From the NCBI GenBank assembly GCA_022844165.1, contig JALHMH010000002.1:96001-160000 (forward strand): a stretch of 64,000 nt of DNA, in the 5' to 3' direction. Numbering within the stretch: the stretch's first letter is position 1; each line of letters begins with the position of its first letter. The DNA is from Lysobacterales bacterium (GTDB lineage Bacteria; Pseudomonadota; Gammaproteobacteria; Xanthomonadales; SZUA-5). Under the pieces are notes generated by a model. The model did no database searches, had not been told where the DNA came from, and saw only the letters and a list, made by a program, of their open reading frames with translations. The position numbers and the translations under genes were made by a program. Below, piece by piece: positions 47,851 to 58,473 of this stretch.

Positions 47851-50610
47851 TTACATTTTGTAGCGTACGCCGAACAGGTATTGGCGGCCGGTGTGGTGAT
47901 AGACCGAGACGCGATCGCCACGGGAGTCGACCCACTGATCGTTGAATTCGTCCGTCAAGTTGAGCGCTTCGAAACTGAGTTCCCACTGATCGTTGAGTTT
48001 GTAAGATGCCGATGCATCAATGTTGAGTGTCGCCTTCGTGCCTTCCACATCATTGCTGTTGCGCCCGGGCGCCGTCGTCAGGTAGTCGTCGCGGTAGGCG
48101 GCCGAAACGCGCATGCCGAAGCGTTCGGTTTCGTAGTACAGCGTTGCGTTGTAAGCGTTCTTCGAAAGCCCGGTCAGATCCGTCTGCAGAGCATTTGCGC
48201 CGGTCGATGTGACGTATTGGATTTTCGAATCTACGTAGGTGTAGTTGAAGATTGCGCCCAGATCGTTGAACGGCGCGGGCAGGAAGCTCAGAGGTTGCTG
48301 CCAACTCAATTCGAGTCCGGTCAACTCCCCGCCCGGCGTGTTCACGGGAATGTTGAACTGGAAGTCGTCGTTGACGCTGGCGCCGGTGCCGGTCAACAGA
48401 CTTTCGGGCAGACCCGATGAGCTATAGGGTCGGGTTTCGCGCGACGTCTGCACAAAAGTGTCGATATCTTTGTAGAACAGTGCCGCCGAGAGCAGGGCTT
48501 CGTCGGCGTAGTACCACTCGAGCGCCAGATCGGCCGTCGTGGCGCGGAACGGGTCGAGTAGTGGATCGCCACCTGTCACCGTGCGATTGCCGCCGCTCAC
48601 GCTCACCGTGACGCCCGGCGTCAAGTTGCCAAGGCCGGGTCGCGCCATCACCTTGGCAGCACCAAACCTCAGAAGCACGTCGGGTTTGACTTCTGCGGTC
48701 AAATTGAAGGCTGGCAGAAAGTCGTTGTAGTCGCGTTCCACGGTGATCAACACCGGGGTGTTGTTGACCACAGCGAAACCGCTGGCCGTCTGCTCGGTCC
48801 GCACGTATCGCGCGCCAATGTTGGCGCTGATGGGCACGTTGCCGACATCGGCGACAATATCGGCCTGCAACCAGGTGCCGAAGTCCTCTTCTTCCACACT
48901 GCGATTGTTGCCTCGTGCGCTGGCCACGGTTGAGGCAAGCGCAAAAATCCCGCTATTGCTGTAGATGTCGAAAAGGCGCGCGAATGCCGCCGCATCGGGC
49001 GTCACCCAGCGCACATCTGTGCCACCAGGTACGTTCAGATCAGACAGACTGAGAATGCGCGACAGGTCAGCGATGGTGGTGCCGGCAGGCAGTGCCGGCA
49101 CCACCGTTTCCGACGCACGCCGCAACTCGCTGGTGACGAAGCTGTATTCCTTCCAGAGCAGGCCGCCCTTCAACGTCACGGCGTCGTTCAGATCGAAACT
49201 GAGATTCAGTTCCGCGCTGTCGAATTCGTTGTCGGCGGTTTGTGGTCGCAGGCGGATTTCAGAAAGGCCATTGGCGAAGCTCCAGTTCGCTGGATTGCTG
49301 ACGTCGAATCCGTAACTCAACAGCGGCAGACGGTCGTTGTTGCGGTAGTCCCAAACAACACCGTTCGCATTGACACGGTCCAATGTAACGGTGGTCTGGA
49401 TCGGATTGTCGAACAGCGATTCAGCATGTCCAATGCGACCATCGATGCGCCATCGATCGTTGATCTGGTGTTCGCCACTGAGGGTGAACTGTTTGAATGT
49501 CGTCTCTAATTCGTCGTAACGTGATTCAGACCGCACGTCGACATTATCAAATACACCATAGACCAGATTGCCGCGCGAATTCACAGCGCCATCGCGAACA
49601 ATCGTCTGCGGTTTGCCCGTCCCTGTTCTTGAGAACGAGATCGACTCGAGGAAGTCCTCGCTTCGTGTTGCATCGAATCTCGCATAGAGCGCGTCCAGAG
49701 AGAACAGTGTTTCGTCGCTCGGACGGAACTGCCAGGAGCCCGTGACGCCCAGGCGCTCTTGTTGATGCTCGAGTACACCGTAACGCGGAATCCGGGGATG
49801 GAACACATCGGGCGACAACGCCGGCGTGAACGGGGAACTGGCTGCGAAGCCACCGCTTGAGTTGCCTCTGTCCCAGCGCACCGTGCTATGGCCCTCTTCG
49901 ATGAGCCGGCGATCGGTATAGGCCACCGACAGCAAGGCACCCATCGTGCCATCCGCCCAGGTGTTGCTGATCAGAGCAGCGCCACGAGGATCGGTGTTCT
50001 CAGAAAGGTCGTTGTAGCCGATCTGTGCAGACGTCGCCAAAACGAACCCGTCGTAATCGAAAGGCCGTGCGGGTTGTAGATCGACGGTTGCGCCCAGCGA
50101 GCCCTCTTCGATTTCCGCTGCAGCTGTCTTACGCACCGTGATGCTGTTGAACAGGTCCGACGCAAATACGTTGAAATCAAAGCCGCGCCCGCGGTTTGCG
50201 CCACCCGAACTGTCAGTGCCACCCGTCGTCGTCAAGGCTTCCATGCCGTTGATGCGTACGCGCGTAAACTGCGAATCGAGCCCACGCACCGAAATGTTGC
50301 GGCCTTCGCCTGCGTCACGGGTGATGCTGACGCCCGGGATTCTCTGCAAGGACTCCGCGAGGTTCAGATCCGGGAATTTGCCGATATCTTCCGCGACGAT
50401 GGCATCAACCTGGCCAACCGTGTCGCGTTTGATATCGATGGCGCGTTGCAGGCTTTGCCGGAAACCGACAACACTAACGACATCGAGCTGCCTCGCTTCG
50501 TCGTTGTCATCGGACTGCTGTGCCCGACTGTCGGGTGCGTAAAGCGCAGCCACAATCGCCGATGCCAGCACAGCTTGTTGCACAGGCCAATGGCGTGTCT
50601 TGAATGTCAT
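47851..50610 (-). CDS. TonB-dependent receptor (carbohydrate locus type)
   Basis: Start MTFKTRHW; AEDIGKFPDLNLAESLQRIPGV, EGSLGATVDL, NLTDE; C-terminal GRQYLFGVRYKM. Confidence 0.95.
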   Translation of the reverse strand: MTFKTRHWPVQQAVLASAIVAALYAPDSRAQQSDDNDEARQLDVVSVVGFRQSLQRAIDIKRDTVGQVDAIVAEDIGKFPDLNLAESLQRIPGVSITRDAGEGRNISVRGLDSQFTRVRINGMEALTTTGGTDSSGGANRGRGFDFNVFASDLFNSITVRKTAAAEIEEGSLGATVDLQPARPFDYDGFVLATSAQIGYNDLSENTDPRGAALISNTWADGTMGALLSVAYTDRRLIEEGHSTVRWDRGNSSGGFAASSPFTPALSPDVFHPRIPRYGVLEHQQERLGVTGSWQFRPSDETLFSLDALYARFDATRSEDFLESISFSRTGTGKPQTIVRDGAVNSRGNLVYGVFDNVDVRSESRYDELETTFKQFTLSGEHQINDRWRIDGRIGHAESLFDNPIQTTVTLDRVNANGVVWDYRNNDRLPLLSYGFDVSNPANWSFANGLSEIRLRPQTADNEFDSAELNLSFDLNDAVTLKGGLLWKEYSFVTSELRRASETVVPALPAGTTIADLSRILSLSDLNVPGGTDVRWVTPDAAAFARLFDIYSNSGIFALASTVASARGNNRSVEEEDFGTWLQADIVADVGNVPISANIGARYVRTEQTASGFAVVNNTPVLITVERDYNDFLPAFNLTAEVKPDVLLRFGAAKVMARPGLGNLTPGVTVSVSGGNRTVTGGDPLLDPFRATTADLALEWYYADEALLSAALFYKDIDTFVQTSRETRPYSSSGLPESLLTGTGASVNDDFQFNIPVNTPGGELTGLELSWQQPLSFLPAPFNDLGAIFNYTYVDSKIQYVTSTGANALQTDLTGLSKNAYNATLYYETERFGMRVSAAYRDDYLTTAPGRNSNDVEGTKATLNIDASASYKLNDQWELSFEALNLTDEFNDQWVDSRGDRVSVYHHTGRQYLFGVRYKM

Positions 50611-50646
50611 GGATTCCCCTCCCAAGGCGAGATGATACCGCGATAA

Positions 50647-50691
50647 ATGACACCGGTAGCAAATTTGGTTAGTGCATGACACCGGTGGTCA
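50647..50691. promoter_or_regulatory. LacI-type operators, copies 2 and 3
   Basis: ATGACACCGGTAGCA (50647-50661) and ATGACACCGGTGGTCA (50676-50691) in the TBDR/kdgK divergent promoter region. Confidence 0.75.
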
Positions 50692-50749
50692 AAATCGTAT
50701 CAGAGCATGAGATAATTGCAAGCATCGTGAAGGCTGTTTCCTGAAGGAG

Positions 50750-51760
50750 ATGTCGATGTCGGCCGTGCTTTGTTTCGGCGAAATGCTGCTGCGGCTGAAT
50801 GCGCCCGGTCGTCAGTTGTTGCTACAGACATCCCAGTTGGAGGTTTGCGTCGGCGGAGCGGAGGCGAACGTTGCTGTGGCCATGGCGCAACTCGGCCACG
50901 GCGTGCGCATGCTGACCGCGCTGCCGCACGGGCCGCTCGGAGACACCGCGCTCGGCGAGCTGCGCCGATTCGGTATCGATACACAAAGCGTTGCGCGCAG
51001 CGAGGGCCGAATGGGCTTGTACTTTTTGGTGCCAGGCGCCATGCAGCGGCCCTCGGAAGTGCTCTACGATCGCCAGCATTCGTCGTTCTCGGCGAAAGTC
51101 TGGACAACGAGCGAATTCGAACGCGCGCTGGAGGGCGTTGATTGGTTGCTGCTCTCGGGCGTGACACCGTCCCTCGGCGAAGCATCGGCGGATGCGTGCG
51201 AACGTCTGCTCTCGATCGCAGCCGAACGTGGCACGCGCATTGCGTTCGACGGCAACTTCCGCAGTAAGCTCTGGGCGCTTTGGAACGGCGAGCCACAGCG
51301 GCGTTTGCACTCGCTGATGGACAAAGCCGAGCTGCTGTTCGCCGATGAGCGCGACATGGCGGTTGTGCTCGGCGATGCGCCGGCCGACGATCGGTTTGCG
51401 CAGGCTGCAGCCCGCGCATTCGCCGCGTTTCCACGTCTGGAACGAATGGCGACGACCCTGCGCGACGAGCACAGCGTCGATCACCACACGCTGACGGCGC
51501 GAATGCTGCACAGGAGCGGCACGAGCACCAGCGCGCCGCGCTACACGCTGGCGCCGATCGTCGATCGCATCGGTACTGGCGATGCCTTTGCTGCCGGCGT
51601 GCTGCATGGCCTGATCAACGGTCTTACGGACGGCGAGTCGCTGCACTATGGTCTTGCCGGGGCGTGTTTGAAGCACTCCATTCCCGGCGATTTCAATCGT
51701 GCGTCGTTGGCCGATCTTCAGGATTTCGTCGCGGCACGAGGGTTCGGGGTCAGGCGGTAG
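50750..51760 (+). CDS. kdgK: 2-keto-3-deoxygluconate kinase (PfkB family)
   Basis: FGEMLLRL, GGAEANVA, DGNFRSKLW, DRIGTGDAF; pectin-locus context. Confidence 0.9.
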   Translation: MSMSAVLCFGEMLLRLNAPGRQLLLQTSQLEVCVGGAEANVAVAMAQLGHGVRMLTALPHGPLGDTALGELRRFGIDTQSVARSEGRMGLYFLVPGAMQRPSEVLYDRQHSSFSAKVWTTSEFERALEGVDWLLLSGVTPSLGEASADACERLLSIAAERGTRIAFDGNFRSKLWALWNGEPQRRLHSLMDKAELLFADERDMAVVLGDAPADDRFAQAAARAFAAFPRLERMATTLRDEHSVDHHTLTARMLHRSGTSTSAPRYTLAPIVDRIGTGDAFAAGVLHGLINGLTDGESLHYGLAGACLKHSIPGDFNRASLADLQDFVAARGFGVRR

Positions 51761-51762
51761 GG

Positions 51763-52515
51763 CTAGCGGGCCAGCCAACCGCCATCCACCGGCAGCACGG
51801 CGCCGTGCACATAGTCGGCGGCCGACGATGCGAGGAACACCGCTGCGCCACCGAGGTCGCTCGGCTGACCCCAGCGACCCGCTGGAATTCGCGCCAGAAT
51901 ATCGCGGCTGCGCTCGGCGTCTTCGCGCAGTGCCGTGGTGTTGTCGGTCGCAAAATAACCTGGCGCGATGGCGTTGACGTTGATACCGAACTTCGCCCAC
52001 TCATTGGCCAGCAACCGCGTAATGCCGAGCAATCCGGACTTGCTGGCGGTGTATGAGGCGACGCGAATGCCGCCTTGAAAACTGAGCATCGAAACGATGT
52101 TGATGATCTTGCCGGGCGAGTTTTGCGCGCGCCAATAGCGTGCCGCCTGCTGACTCAGGAAAAACGCGCTTTTCAGGTTCACGTCGATGACATCGTCCCA
52201 GTCGCGTTCGGAGAAATCGATGGCGTCGCACCGGCGGATCGTGCCGGCATTGTTGACCAGCACGTCCAGTCGCCCGAGCGTAGCGACGGCGCGTTGGACA
52301 AACTCTGCCGGCATGCCGGCGCCGAGTTCGCCCTCGATCCAAATTGCGCGACAACCAAGCTCGTCAACGGCGGCCACAGTCTCGGCAGGCTCGCGCCGAG
52401 ACAAAATCGCGATGTCCGAGCCGCTTTGCGCCAGCGCGATGGCGATGGCCTGGCCAATGCCTGTGTTCGCGCCGGTGACCAGCGCGACCTTTCCCCTGAG
52501 GTCGAACACGTTCAT
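51763..52515 (-). CDS. kduD: 2-dehydro-3-deoxy-D-gluconate 5-dehydrogenase
   Basis: [39 protein letters not shown]. Confidence 0.95.
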   Translation of the reverse strand: MNVFDLRGKVALVTGANTGIGQAIAIALAQSGSDIAILSRREPAETVAAVDELGCRAIWIEGELGAGMPAEFVQRAVATLGRLDVLVNNAGTIRRCDAIDFSERDWDDVIDVNLKSAFFLSQQAARYWRAQNSPGKIINIVSMLSFQGGIRVASYTASKSGLLGITRLLANEWAKFGINVNAIAPGYFATDNTTALREDAERSRDILARIPAGRWGQPSDLGGAAVFLASSAADYVHGAVLPVDGGWLAR

Positions 52516-53357
52516 CGCAGTTGGCAGATATCGATCTGCCGCAAGTCGGTGTAGTCGAGATTTTCGCCACCCATGGCCCAGATGAACCCATAGTTGCGCG
52601 TGCCTGCGCCCATATGGATCGACCAGGGTGGAGACACCACGGCCTGCTCGTTGGCGAGCGTCAAATGGCGCGTATCGTCCGGTTGTCCCATAAAGTGCAT
52701 GATGCGTTCGCTGTCATCCAGGCCAAAGTAAAAATAGACCTCCGAGCGGCGATCGTGCAGATGGGGTGGCATGGTGTTCCACACACTCCCGGGATCGAGC
52801 AACGTCATTCCCAGCAGCAGCTGGCACGAAGTGCACGTGCTCGGGACGATGTACTGATAGATCGTGCGTTGGTTGCTGCTTTCGAGGCTGCCGCGTTGCA
52901 GCGGTACAGCGGCGGCGATCGACAGGTGCCTGAGCTCGTGCCGCGCATGCGCCGGTGTCGATACCAAATAGAATTTGGCCGGGGACGCGCGATCGACACT
53001 CGAGAAACGCACGTCCTGCGATCCCATCGGAACATAAGCGCCATCGCGCGGCGCCAGTTCGAGTTCTGCACCGTCGACGCTGACGATGCCCTGACCGCCA
53101 ACATTGACGATGCCCAGTTCGCGCCGCTGCAGAAACGGCAGTCCAAGCGCAGAAGCCGGTTCTTGTTGTGTCGGCAGGACCAGCGCTGTATCGACTGGCA
53201 TCGCACCACCCACGACGATCCGCTCGTAGTGCGTGTAGTTCAAACGCACGGCATCCGGGGCAAAAATCGCCTCAATCAGGTAACGATCGCGGAGTTGCTC
53301 ATTGCTCACGCCATGCATCATGTCCGGGTGCGTTGCGTGATATGTCTTGGTGTACAT
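52512..53357 (-). CDS. kduI: 5-dehydro-4-deoxy-D-glucuronate isomerase
   Basis: [41 protein letters not shown]. Confidence 0.96.
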   Translation of the reverse strand: MYTKTYHATHPDMMHGVSNEQLRDRYLIEAIFAPDAVRLNYTHYERIVVGGAMPVDTALVLPTQQEPASALGLPFLQRRELGIVNVGGQGIVSVDGAELELAPRDGAYVPMGSQDVRFSSVDRASPAKFYLVSTPAHARHELRHLSIAAAVPLQRGSLESSNQRTIYQYIVPSTCTSCQLLLGMTLLDPGSVWNTMPPHLHDRRSEVYFYFGLDDSERIMHFMGQPDDTRHLTLANEQAVVSPPWSIHMGAGTRNYGFIWAMGGENLDYTDLRQIDICQLR

Positions 53358-53398
53358 TCGTGCGGTTTCTCGAAGATGCGTTGCTCCAGGATAGCAAA

Positions 53399-53415
53399 AT
53401 GGTAACCGGTGTCAT
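53399..53415. promoter_or_regulatory. LacI-type operator, copy 4
   Basis: ATGGTAACCGGTGTCAT about 45 bp upstream of kduI. Confidence 0.75.
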
Positions 53416-53734
53416 ATCGCGATCAGCCGGTCCGAGAAGCAGACTCAGTGTAATGACCTGGCGAGGCTTCCCCTCAGACCGCCGAGCGATGTTGGCTTCG
53501 CCCGACACCGTACTTGCCACAACCCGCGCTTCGCATTTCCGGCCCGGCGGCGCAGCCGGCGGGCGTTCGACTCGGCACACGCCTGCGGCGGGTCCGCGCC
53601 GGTCTTACGCCCTAAACGTAAGGGGCTGCAACAGCCCAAGCCGCTCCGACGAACACTTGACTCAGATGACAAGATCCCGCTCAATCTAAGGACTCTGGCG
53701 ACGCGCAGCCTCGCCGGGTCTGCCAGCCTGCGTA

Positions 53735-54691
53735 TCAGCCGGCATAACCGACCAACGCCAGCGTGAGCAGTTGTTTCATCTCTTCGCGCAAGGAAACCGG
53801 CGTGATCACTTCGGCATCCGGGCCATAGCGCAACACATCCATCAGCAGTTCGCGCGCATTTCCGAAAGGCACCTGGAGTTCGAATCGGCCATCCGGCAAG
53901 AACCGCGACTTCTGTTGTGCGTGCCAGCGTTCATCGGCCACCCAACGCGCTGCGTGAGCGGAAAAGCGGATGGTTGCCCAGGCGCGGGCGGGTCCGGAAA
54001 AGATGCCGTAACTTTGCGCAAAATGCGCATCGAGTTCGGCGTCAGGCCAGTCTTCCGCAATGGGCCCTAAGTTCGGTGCAGCGATGCGATCCAGCGCAAA
54101 GCTACGCAGTTGGCGACGATCGTGATCCAGCGCGTCGAGATACCAGTTGTCGCGGTAATGCGTCAGGCGTTGCGGTGAGGTATTGCGCATACTGCCGTCG
54201 CCTGTGGAGCGGGCGCGGTATTGAAAACTCAGGCGTTTGCGTTCCAGCACGGCACCGATCACTGTGCGAAACACCGTGTTGTCGAGTTTGCGGCTGCCCT
54301 GACGCAAGACTCGAACACGCGCCAGATGGTCGACACTGGTACCGACGATCGCGCGCAGGCGCGGTCCCAGATCGCCCAATGCGTCGGCCAGCGCGCCGTC
54401 CGACTGGGTGTTAAGCGCCTGGCGTGCGACCAGTAGCGCGTACACTTCTTCGGGCGACAGCCACACGCCCGGCAGCTCGAAATCGTGCGTCGGATCGGGC
54501 ACGTATTTGAAGCGATGGGTGTCGTTGTCGCTTTCGATCGGCGCGCCGAGCGCATCGCGCAAAAACGCAATGTCGCGGTAGACCGTGGCGCGCGACGCTT
54601 CGATGTCGTCCATCAACTTGTCGACGCTGACACCGGTTCTGTTGAGTTTCAACAGCCGGTGCAGGCGAACGATTCGCTCGTAGCGGTCCAT
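53735..54691 (-). CDS. HTH-WYL-WCX transcriptional regulator
   Basis: wHTH (SRATVYRDIAFLRD), YRDNWYLDA..RSFALDRI, RWVADERWH. Confidence 0.93.
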   Translation of the reverse strand: MDRYERIVRLHRLLKLNRTGVSVDKLMDDIEASRATVYRDIAFLRDALGAPIESDNDTHRFKYVPDPTHDFELPGVWLSPEEVYALLVARQALNTQSDGALADALGDLGPRLRAIVGTSVDHLARVRVLRQGSRKLDNTVFRTVIGAVLERKRLSFQYRARSTGDGSMRNTSPQRLTHYRDNWYLDALDHDRRQLRSFALDRIAAPNLGPIAEDWPDAELDAHFAQSYGIFSGPARAWATIRFSAHAARWVADERWHAQQKSRFLPDGRFELQVPFGNARELLMDVLRYGPDAEVITPVSLREEMKQLLTLALVGYAG

Positions 54692-54777
54692 AGGTTATCC
54701 AGTGTTGTCGAAAAATGCCTGGCCGCGCCCTGTTGACACATGACTGTGCCGACCGACCCGACGATGATCTTGCGCAA

Positions 54778-56085
54778 TCATCCATCGCTGCGGACTTTGG
54801 GCCGGTCGCCTTGCTCGCCCAAAGACCGCCGCACCAGCGCTCGCGACTCGCGCTGCGCGGCGTGCGTGAGTTCACGCAAACGCTGGCAGCGCGCCATTGC
54901 TTTATCCACATCCGTACGCATGGCGACTTCCAGCGTGTCCGCCAGCATATGGATATTCGTCAGCAGTTGCGTCAAGGTCGTTTCCACATCCTTGGCGATA
55001 TCTTCGCGAACTTGCAACGTCGATCCGGACCTGGCCCTGGAGACGCGCTCAGCGGCCTCGAGTGCGAGCGCCAGCGAATGCGCAACAGCTTCGATCGTGG
55101 TGACATCGAGTGGCGAGAAACGTCGTGGTCCCTCCACGTTGATGACCGCGACCGGCATGCCGTCGACCAGCACCGGCACGGCAAGCTCCGCCTGCGGCGG
55201 ATCCACACCCGGTGGGTTAATGTAGCGCGAATCGCCAGCGACATCGTTCACGCACTGCGTGCGTCGTTCACTGGCTGCGGCCCCCATGATGCCGTGACCG
55301 ATCGGCACTTTGTCGACCTGGCGGATCAGGTGTTTGTAGTGACCGCCGCGAACCCGTATCGTCAGATGCGCCGGGTCGTCGCGATCGATCGTCGGGATGT
55401 CCACGGCCGGGTACCCGAGTAGCGTATGGATTGCATCGGCGGTGCGCTGCAGAAGCACTTGCTGATCGGCGTCGCTGCCGACGAGCTGTGCAGCTTGAGC
55501 GATCAGTTCGAACCGTGCGCTGCGATGCCGATCTCGGGCGCGGTTCTCGGCGGAATCGAGGTGTTGCCCAAGCGAGCTTGCAGCCATCCGCAACAACAGG
55601 ATTTCAGTTTCCGGAGACGTGAGCGCCGGCAGCCAGAACAGCGCAACCCCAAGTGTGCGACCATTCCACACCAACGGCAGTCCGACCGACAGTGTGTCGC
55701 GCAACGCCACAGGCGTTGTGGGATCGACCTCGACCGCGGCGCCCAAAACAAGATCGCGATCGCGAAGCGCTTGCGCAGCGATGCCCTGGTGCGGCCAAAC
55801 GGCGCCCTGTTCCGTCGCAACCGGCCCCATGAAGGCGCCTACGTGCAACTCACGAGCGCCAAGCAACACCAGCGCAGCGCGCGAACGGCTCGCCTCGGAA
55901 AGCCCATACACCCAGTGTTTGAGCTGAGCTTCGATGCCCTCTGCCGCGAACGCCGACTCCGCAAGTCGCTGCAGCCGATCGCAAAGCGCCAACTGTCGCG
56001 CCAGTCCCGAAGCCTGCAACAAGGGGTAGCCCGGGATGATCCGCGAGCGAACCTTGTTGAGCGAACGATCGGATGGCCCCGTCAT
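54778..56085 (-). CDS. Tandem GAF protein with degenerate HisKA_3-like helical C-terminus, no ATPase domain
   Basis: GAF motifs (GIMGAAASERR..NDVAGDSRY; ELAVPV..VINVE). C-terminus IAKDVETTLTQLL..RLRELTHAAQRESRALV ends without a HATPase domain. Confidence 0.75.
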   Translation of the reverse strand: MTGPSDRSLNKVRSRIIPGYPLLQASGLARQLALCDRLQRLAESAFAAEGIEAQLKHWVYGLSEASRSRAALVLLGARELHVGAFMGPVATEQGAVWPHQGIAAQALRDRDLVLGAAVEVDPTTPVALRDTLSVGLPLVWNGRTLGVALFWLPALTSPETEILLLRMAASSLGQHLDSAENRARDRHRSARFELIAQAAQLVGSDADQQVLLQRTADAIHTLLGYPAVDIPTIDRDDPAHLTIRVRGGHYKHLIRQVDKVPIGHGIMGAAASERRTQCVNDVAGDSRYINPPGVDPPQAELAVPVLVDGMPVAVINVEGPRRFSPLDVTTIEAVAHSLALALEAAERVSRARSGSTLQVREDIAKDVETTLTQLLTNIHMLADTLEVAMRTDVDKAMARCQRLRELTHAAQRESRALVRRSLGEQGDRPKVRSDG

Positions 56086-56216
56086 AGCGCACCGAATGAT
56101 GGTTTCGTGAAGACAATGATACGGCGCATGCGGGTTTGCATGCAGCCGCGCACAGATCCGAAGACGATTGGGTCTGGCGAGGCGTCGCCTCGTTGCCGTC
56201 TCGCCTTGGGCCTTCT

Positions 56217-57560
56217 TCAGAACGTCACCGAGACCTTCAAGCCACCCTGCAGACCGTTCTGCAGCACCATCTGTGCACCATGCGCATCTGCGATGCGTTT
56301 GGCGATGGATAGTCCCAAGCCTGTTCCTGGTGTTGCCTCGTTTTCGCGGTGATATCGATCCAGGACCCGGTGCAGAGCCGCACTTTCCAGGCCTGCGCCG
56401 CCGTCCAGGACCGAAAGCGTCGCAACAGGCGCAGGCACGACGTCGACGGTGACTTCACCGCCGCCGTGACGCAGCGCGTTGTCGACCAGATTGCGGATGA
56501 GCGCACCCAGAAGCACCGGATGCCCGCGGACCAGGGTTCGCTGAGCGCGCAGGGTGAATTCGCGTCCTTCACGCAGCGCTGCCGGCGCAAGTTCGGCAAT
56601 CACGTCTTGCGCAAGCTGGGCCAGATCGACAACGCTGGGTTCCTCCAGTCGCTCCATCCGGGTCAGGTCCAACAGCTGTTCGATCAATCGTTCGCATCGA
56701 TCGAAGCCCCGCAGCAAGCGCTCATAGTCGCCGAGCATGTCGGCGCCGTCGACGTACCGCTGCAGATTCTGGGCGTGGATTTTGAGTGCACTGATCGGGG
56801 TACGCAGTTCGTGAGCGGCATCGGCGGCGAAACGACGCTCGCGCTCGATCAGCGTATCGACGCGTTGCAATAGCCGGTTCATCGCCTGCACCAGGCCGAC
56901 CACCTCCTGAGGCACCTGATCGGAGGGAAACGGATCAAGCCGATCGGCGGGCCGCGTTTCGATGTTGGCCGCCAGCGTTCGCAGGCTACGCGCGCTGCGA
57001 TTGACGATCAGAACGATCAAACAGGTGAGCAAAGGCAGTGACAGCAGCAGTGGCATCAGTGCACTGGCCGCGGTTTCGGCGGCCAGCTCCCGACGAATAT
57101 CGGCGCGTTCGGCCGCGACGAAGTAACGTCCGTCTTCGATCAAAGTAAAGACACGCCAGACTTCCGTACCCACGCCGACGTCTGCGAAGCCGGCGGCCAA
57201 CGGCGCCAAAGGGTGTTCAGGCGCATTTCCCGTGCGCAGCAGCATCGTGCCATCGGCTGCGATCGCCTGGAAGGCAACTTTGCTCTCGTAAACATGACCC
57301 TGCGAGGTCGCCAGATCGGTATCGCGACCCGGCAAGTTCACCATCAGCCCGTTGACGGCAAGATTCGGCGGCACATCGCCTTCGTCGAGGTGGCTCTCGA
57401 CCAAAGCGGCAAGGATGCGGACGGACTGCGCAAGTTTGGCATCGAATAGTTCGTTGGCCTCGATCAAGCTGTTGCGATAACTCGCAAGACTGGTCGCCAA
57501 CTCGGCCGCGAAAACGGCCGGCAGCAAGCTCCACAGCAACATTTGGCGCAGCGACCTCAT
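56217..57560 (-). CDS. QseC/PmrB-like sensor histidine kinase
   Basis: ELFDAKLAQ, FAADAAHELRTP, NLVDNALRH, GTGLGLSI. Confidence 0.93.
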   Translation of the reverse strand: MRSLRQMLLWSLLPAVFAAELATSLASYRNSLIEANELFDAKLAQSVRILAALVESHLDEGDVPPNLAVNGLMVNLPGRDTDLATSQGHVYESKVAFQAIAADGTMLLRTGNAPEHPLAPLAAGFADVGVGTEVWRVFTLIEDGRYFVAAERADIRRELAAETAASALMPLLLSLPLLTCLIVLIVNRSARSLRTLAANIETRPADRLDPFPSDQVPQEVVGLVQAMNRLLQRVDTLIERERRFAADAAHELRTPISALKIHAQNLQRYVDGADMLGDYERLLRGFDRCERLIEQLLDLTRMERLEEPSVVDLAQLAQDVIAELAPAALREGREFTLRAQRTLVRGHPVLLGALIRNLVDNALRHGGGEVTVDVVPAPVATLSVLDGGAGLESAALHRVLDRYHRENEATPGTGLGLSIAKRIADAHGAQMVLQNGLQGGLKVSVTF

Positions 57561-57699
57561 GATCCGATCGGTTGTCGTGAAATTGTGTCGATTCGGATGT
57601 TGCTCGCACGCCGATGTTCGGGGCGGGTTGGGGTGTGGTCAGGAACGGGGATTTCCGCAACGATCATGGCAGCACAACTGTCATTCTTGCGGATGGTTT

Positions 57700-58368
57700 T
57701 CAGCATGATGGTTGAGCGGGCACCATGTATCCCACGCCGCGCACGGTGCGAATCAGTTCTGGCCAGAGTTTCTTGCGTAACGCATGGATGTGAACCTCGA
57801 GCACGTTGCTATCGACCTCTTCATTCCAGCCGTAGACGTGCTGAGTCGCAGCGCTGCGAGTCGCCACCCGCCCGGCTTGATCGATCAAGAACGACAACAG
57901 CGTGAATTCTCGACGCGTCAGGTCTACCGGCTGCCCACGCAGCTGCAACTCCCTTGAGGCCGGCAGCAGACGCAATTCGCCATACTCGACGACCTGCTGC
58001 ACATGGCCGCATGCGCGTCGGTGCAGCGCCCGAAGCCGCGCCAGGAGTTCTTCGCGATCGAAGGGTTTTACAAGGTAGTCGTCGGCGCCAAGGTCCAGTG
58101 CCTTGACGCGTTCTTTGGCGCCATCGCGCGCCGTCAGAATCATCACCGGTGATGCGATCCTGGCGGCACGCATCTGCGTCAGAACATCCAGGCCATCGCG
58201 CTGCGGCAAACCCAGGTCGAGTAACACGACATCGAACGCCTCGCCACGGACCGCACGCCACGCGGACTGACCGTCGCGCACCCAGTCGACAACATGGTCC
58301 GCACGCCGCAGCGCGGTGCACAGGCCCTCGCCCAGCAAGACATCATCTTCGACGACCAGAATGCGCAT
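57700..58368 (-). CDS. QseB/PmrA-like OmpR-family response regulator
   Basis: MRILVVEDD, LDLGLP, GADDYLVKPF, SNVLEVHIHALRKK, IRTVRGVGY. Confidence 0.95.
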   Translation of the reverse strand: MRILVVEDDVLLGEGLCTALRRADHVVDWVRDGQSAWRAVRGEAFDVVLLDLGLPQRDGLDVLTQMRAARIASPVMILTARDGAKERVKALDLGADDYLVKPFDREELLARLRALHRRACGHVQQVVEYGELRLLPASRELQLRGQPVDLTRREFTLLSFLIDQAGRVATRSAATQHVYGWNEEVDSNVLEVHIHALRKKLWPELIRTVRGVGYMVPAQPSC

Positions 58369-58473
58369 ATTCACGGCGACAACGGGCATTGTGTGCCCGT
58401 CTCGCTCCTGCTTTCCATGACGGTTGGTGGGTCATTCTCGCCGATCTGACGTTGCCAGGCGGCAGGAATTTTT

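Noticed and set aside
53735-54691. WYL gene as marker of an adjacent defence system
   Set aside because: Neighbours are pectin and signalling genes; it resembles the stand-alone chromosomal HTH-WYL regulators.
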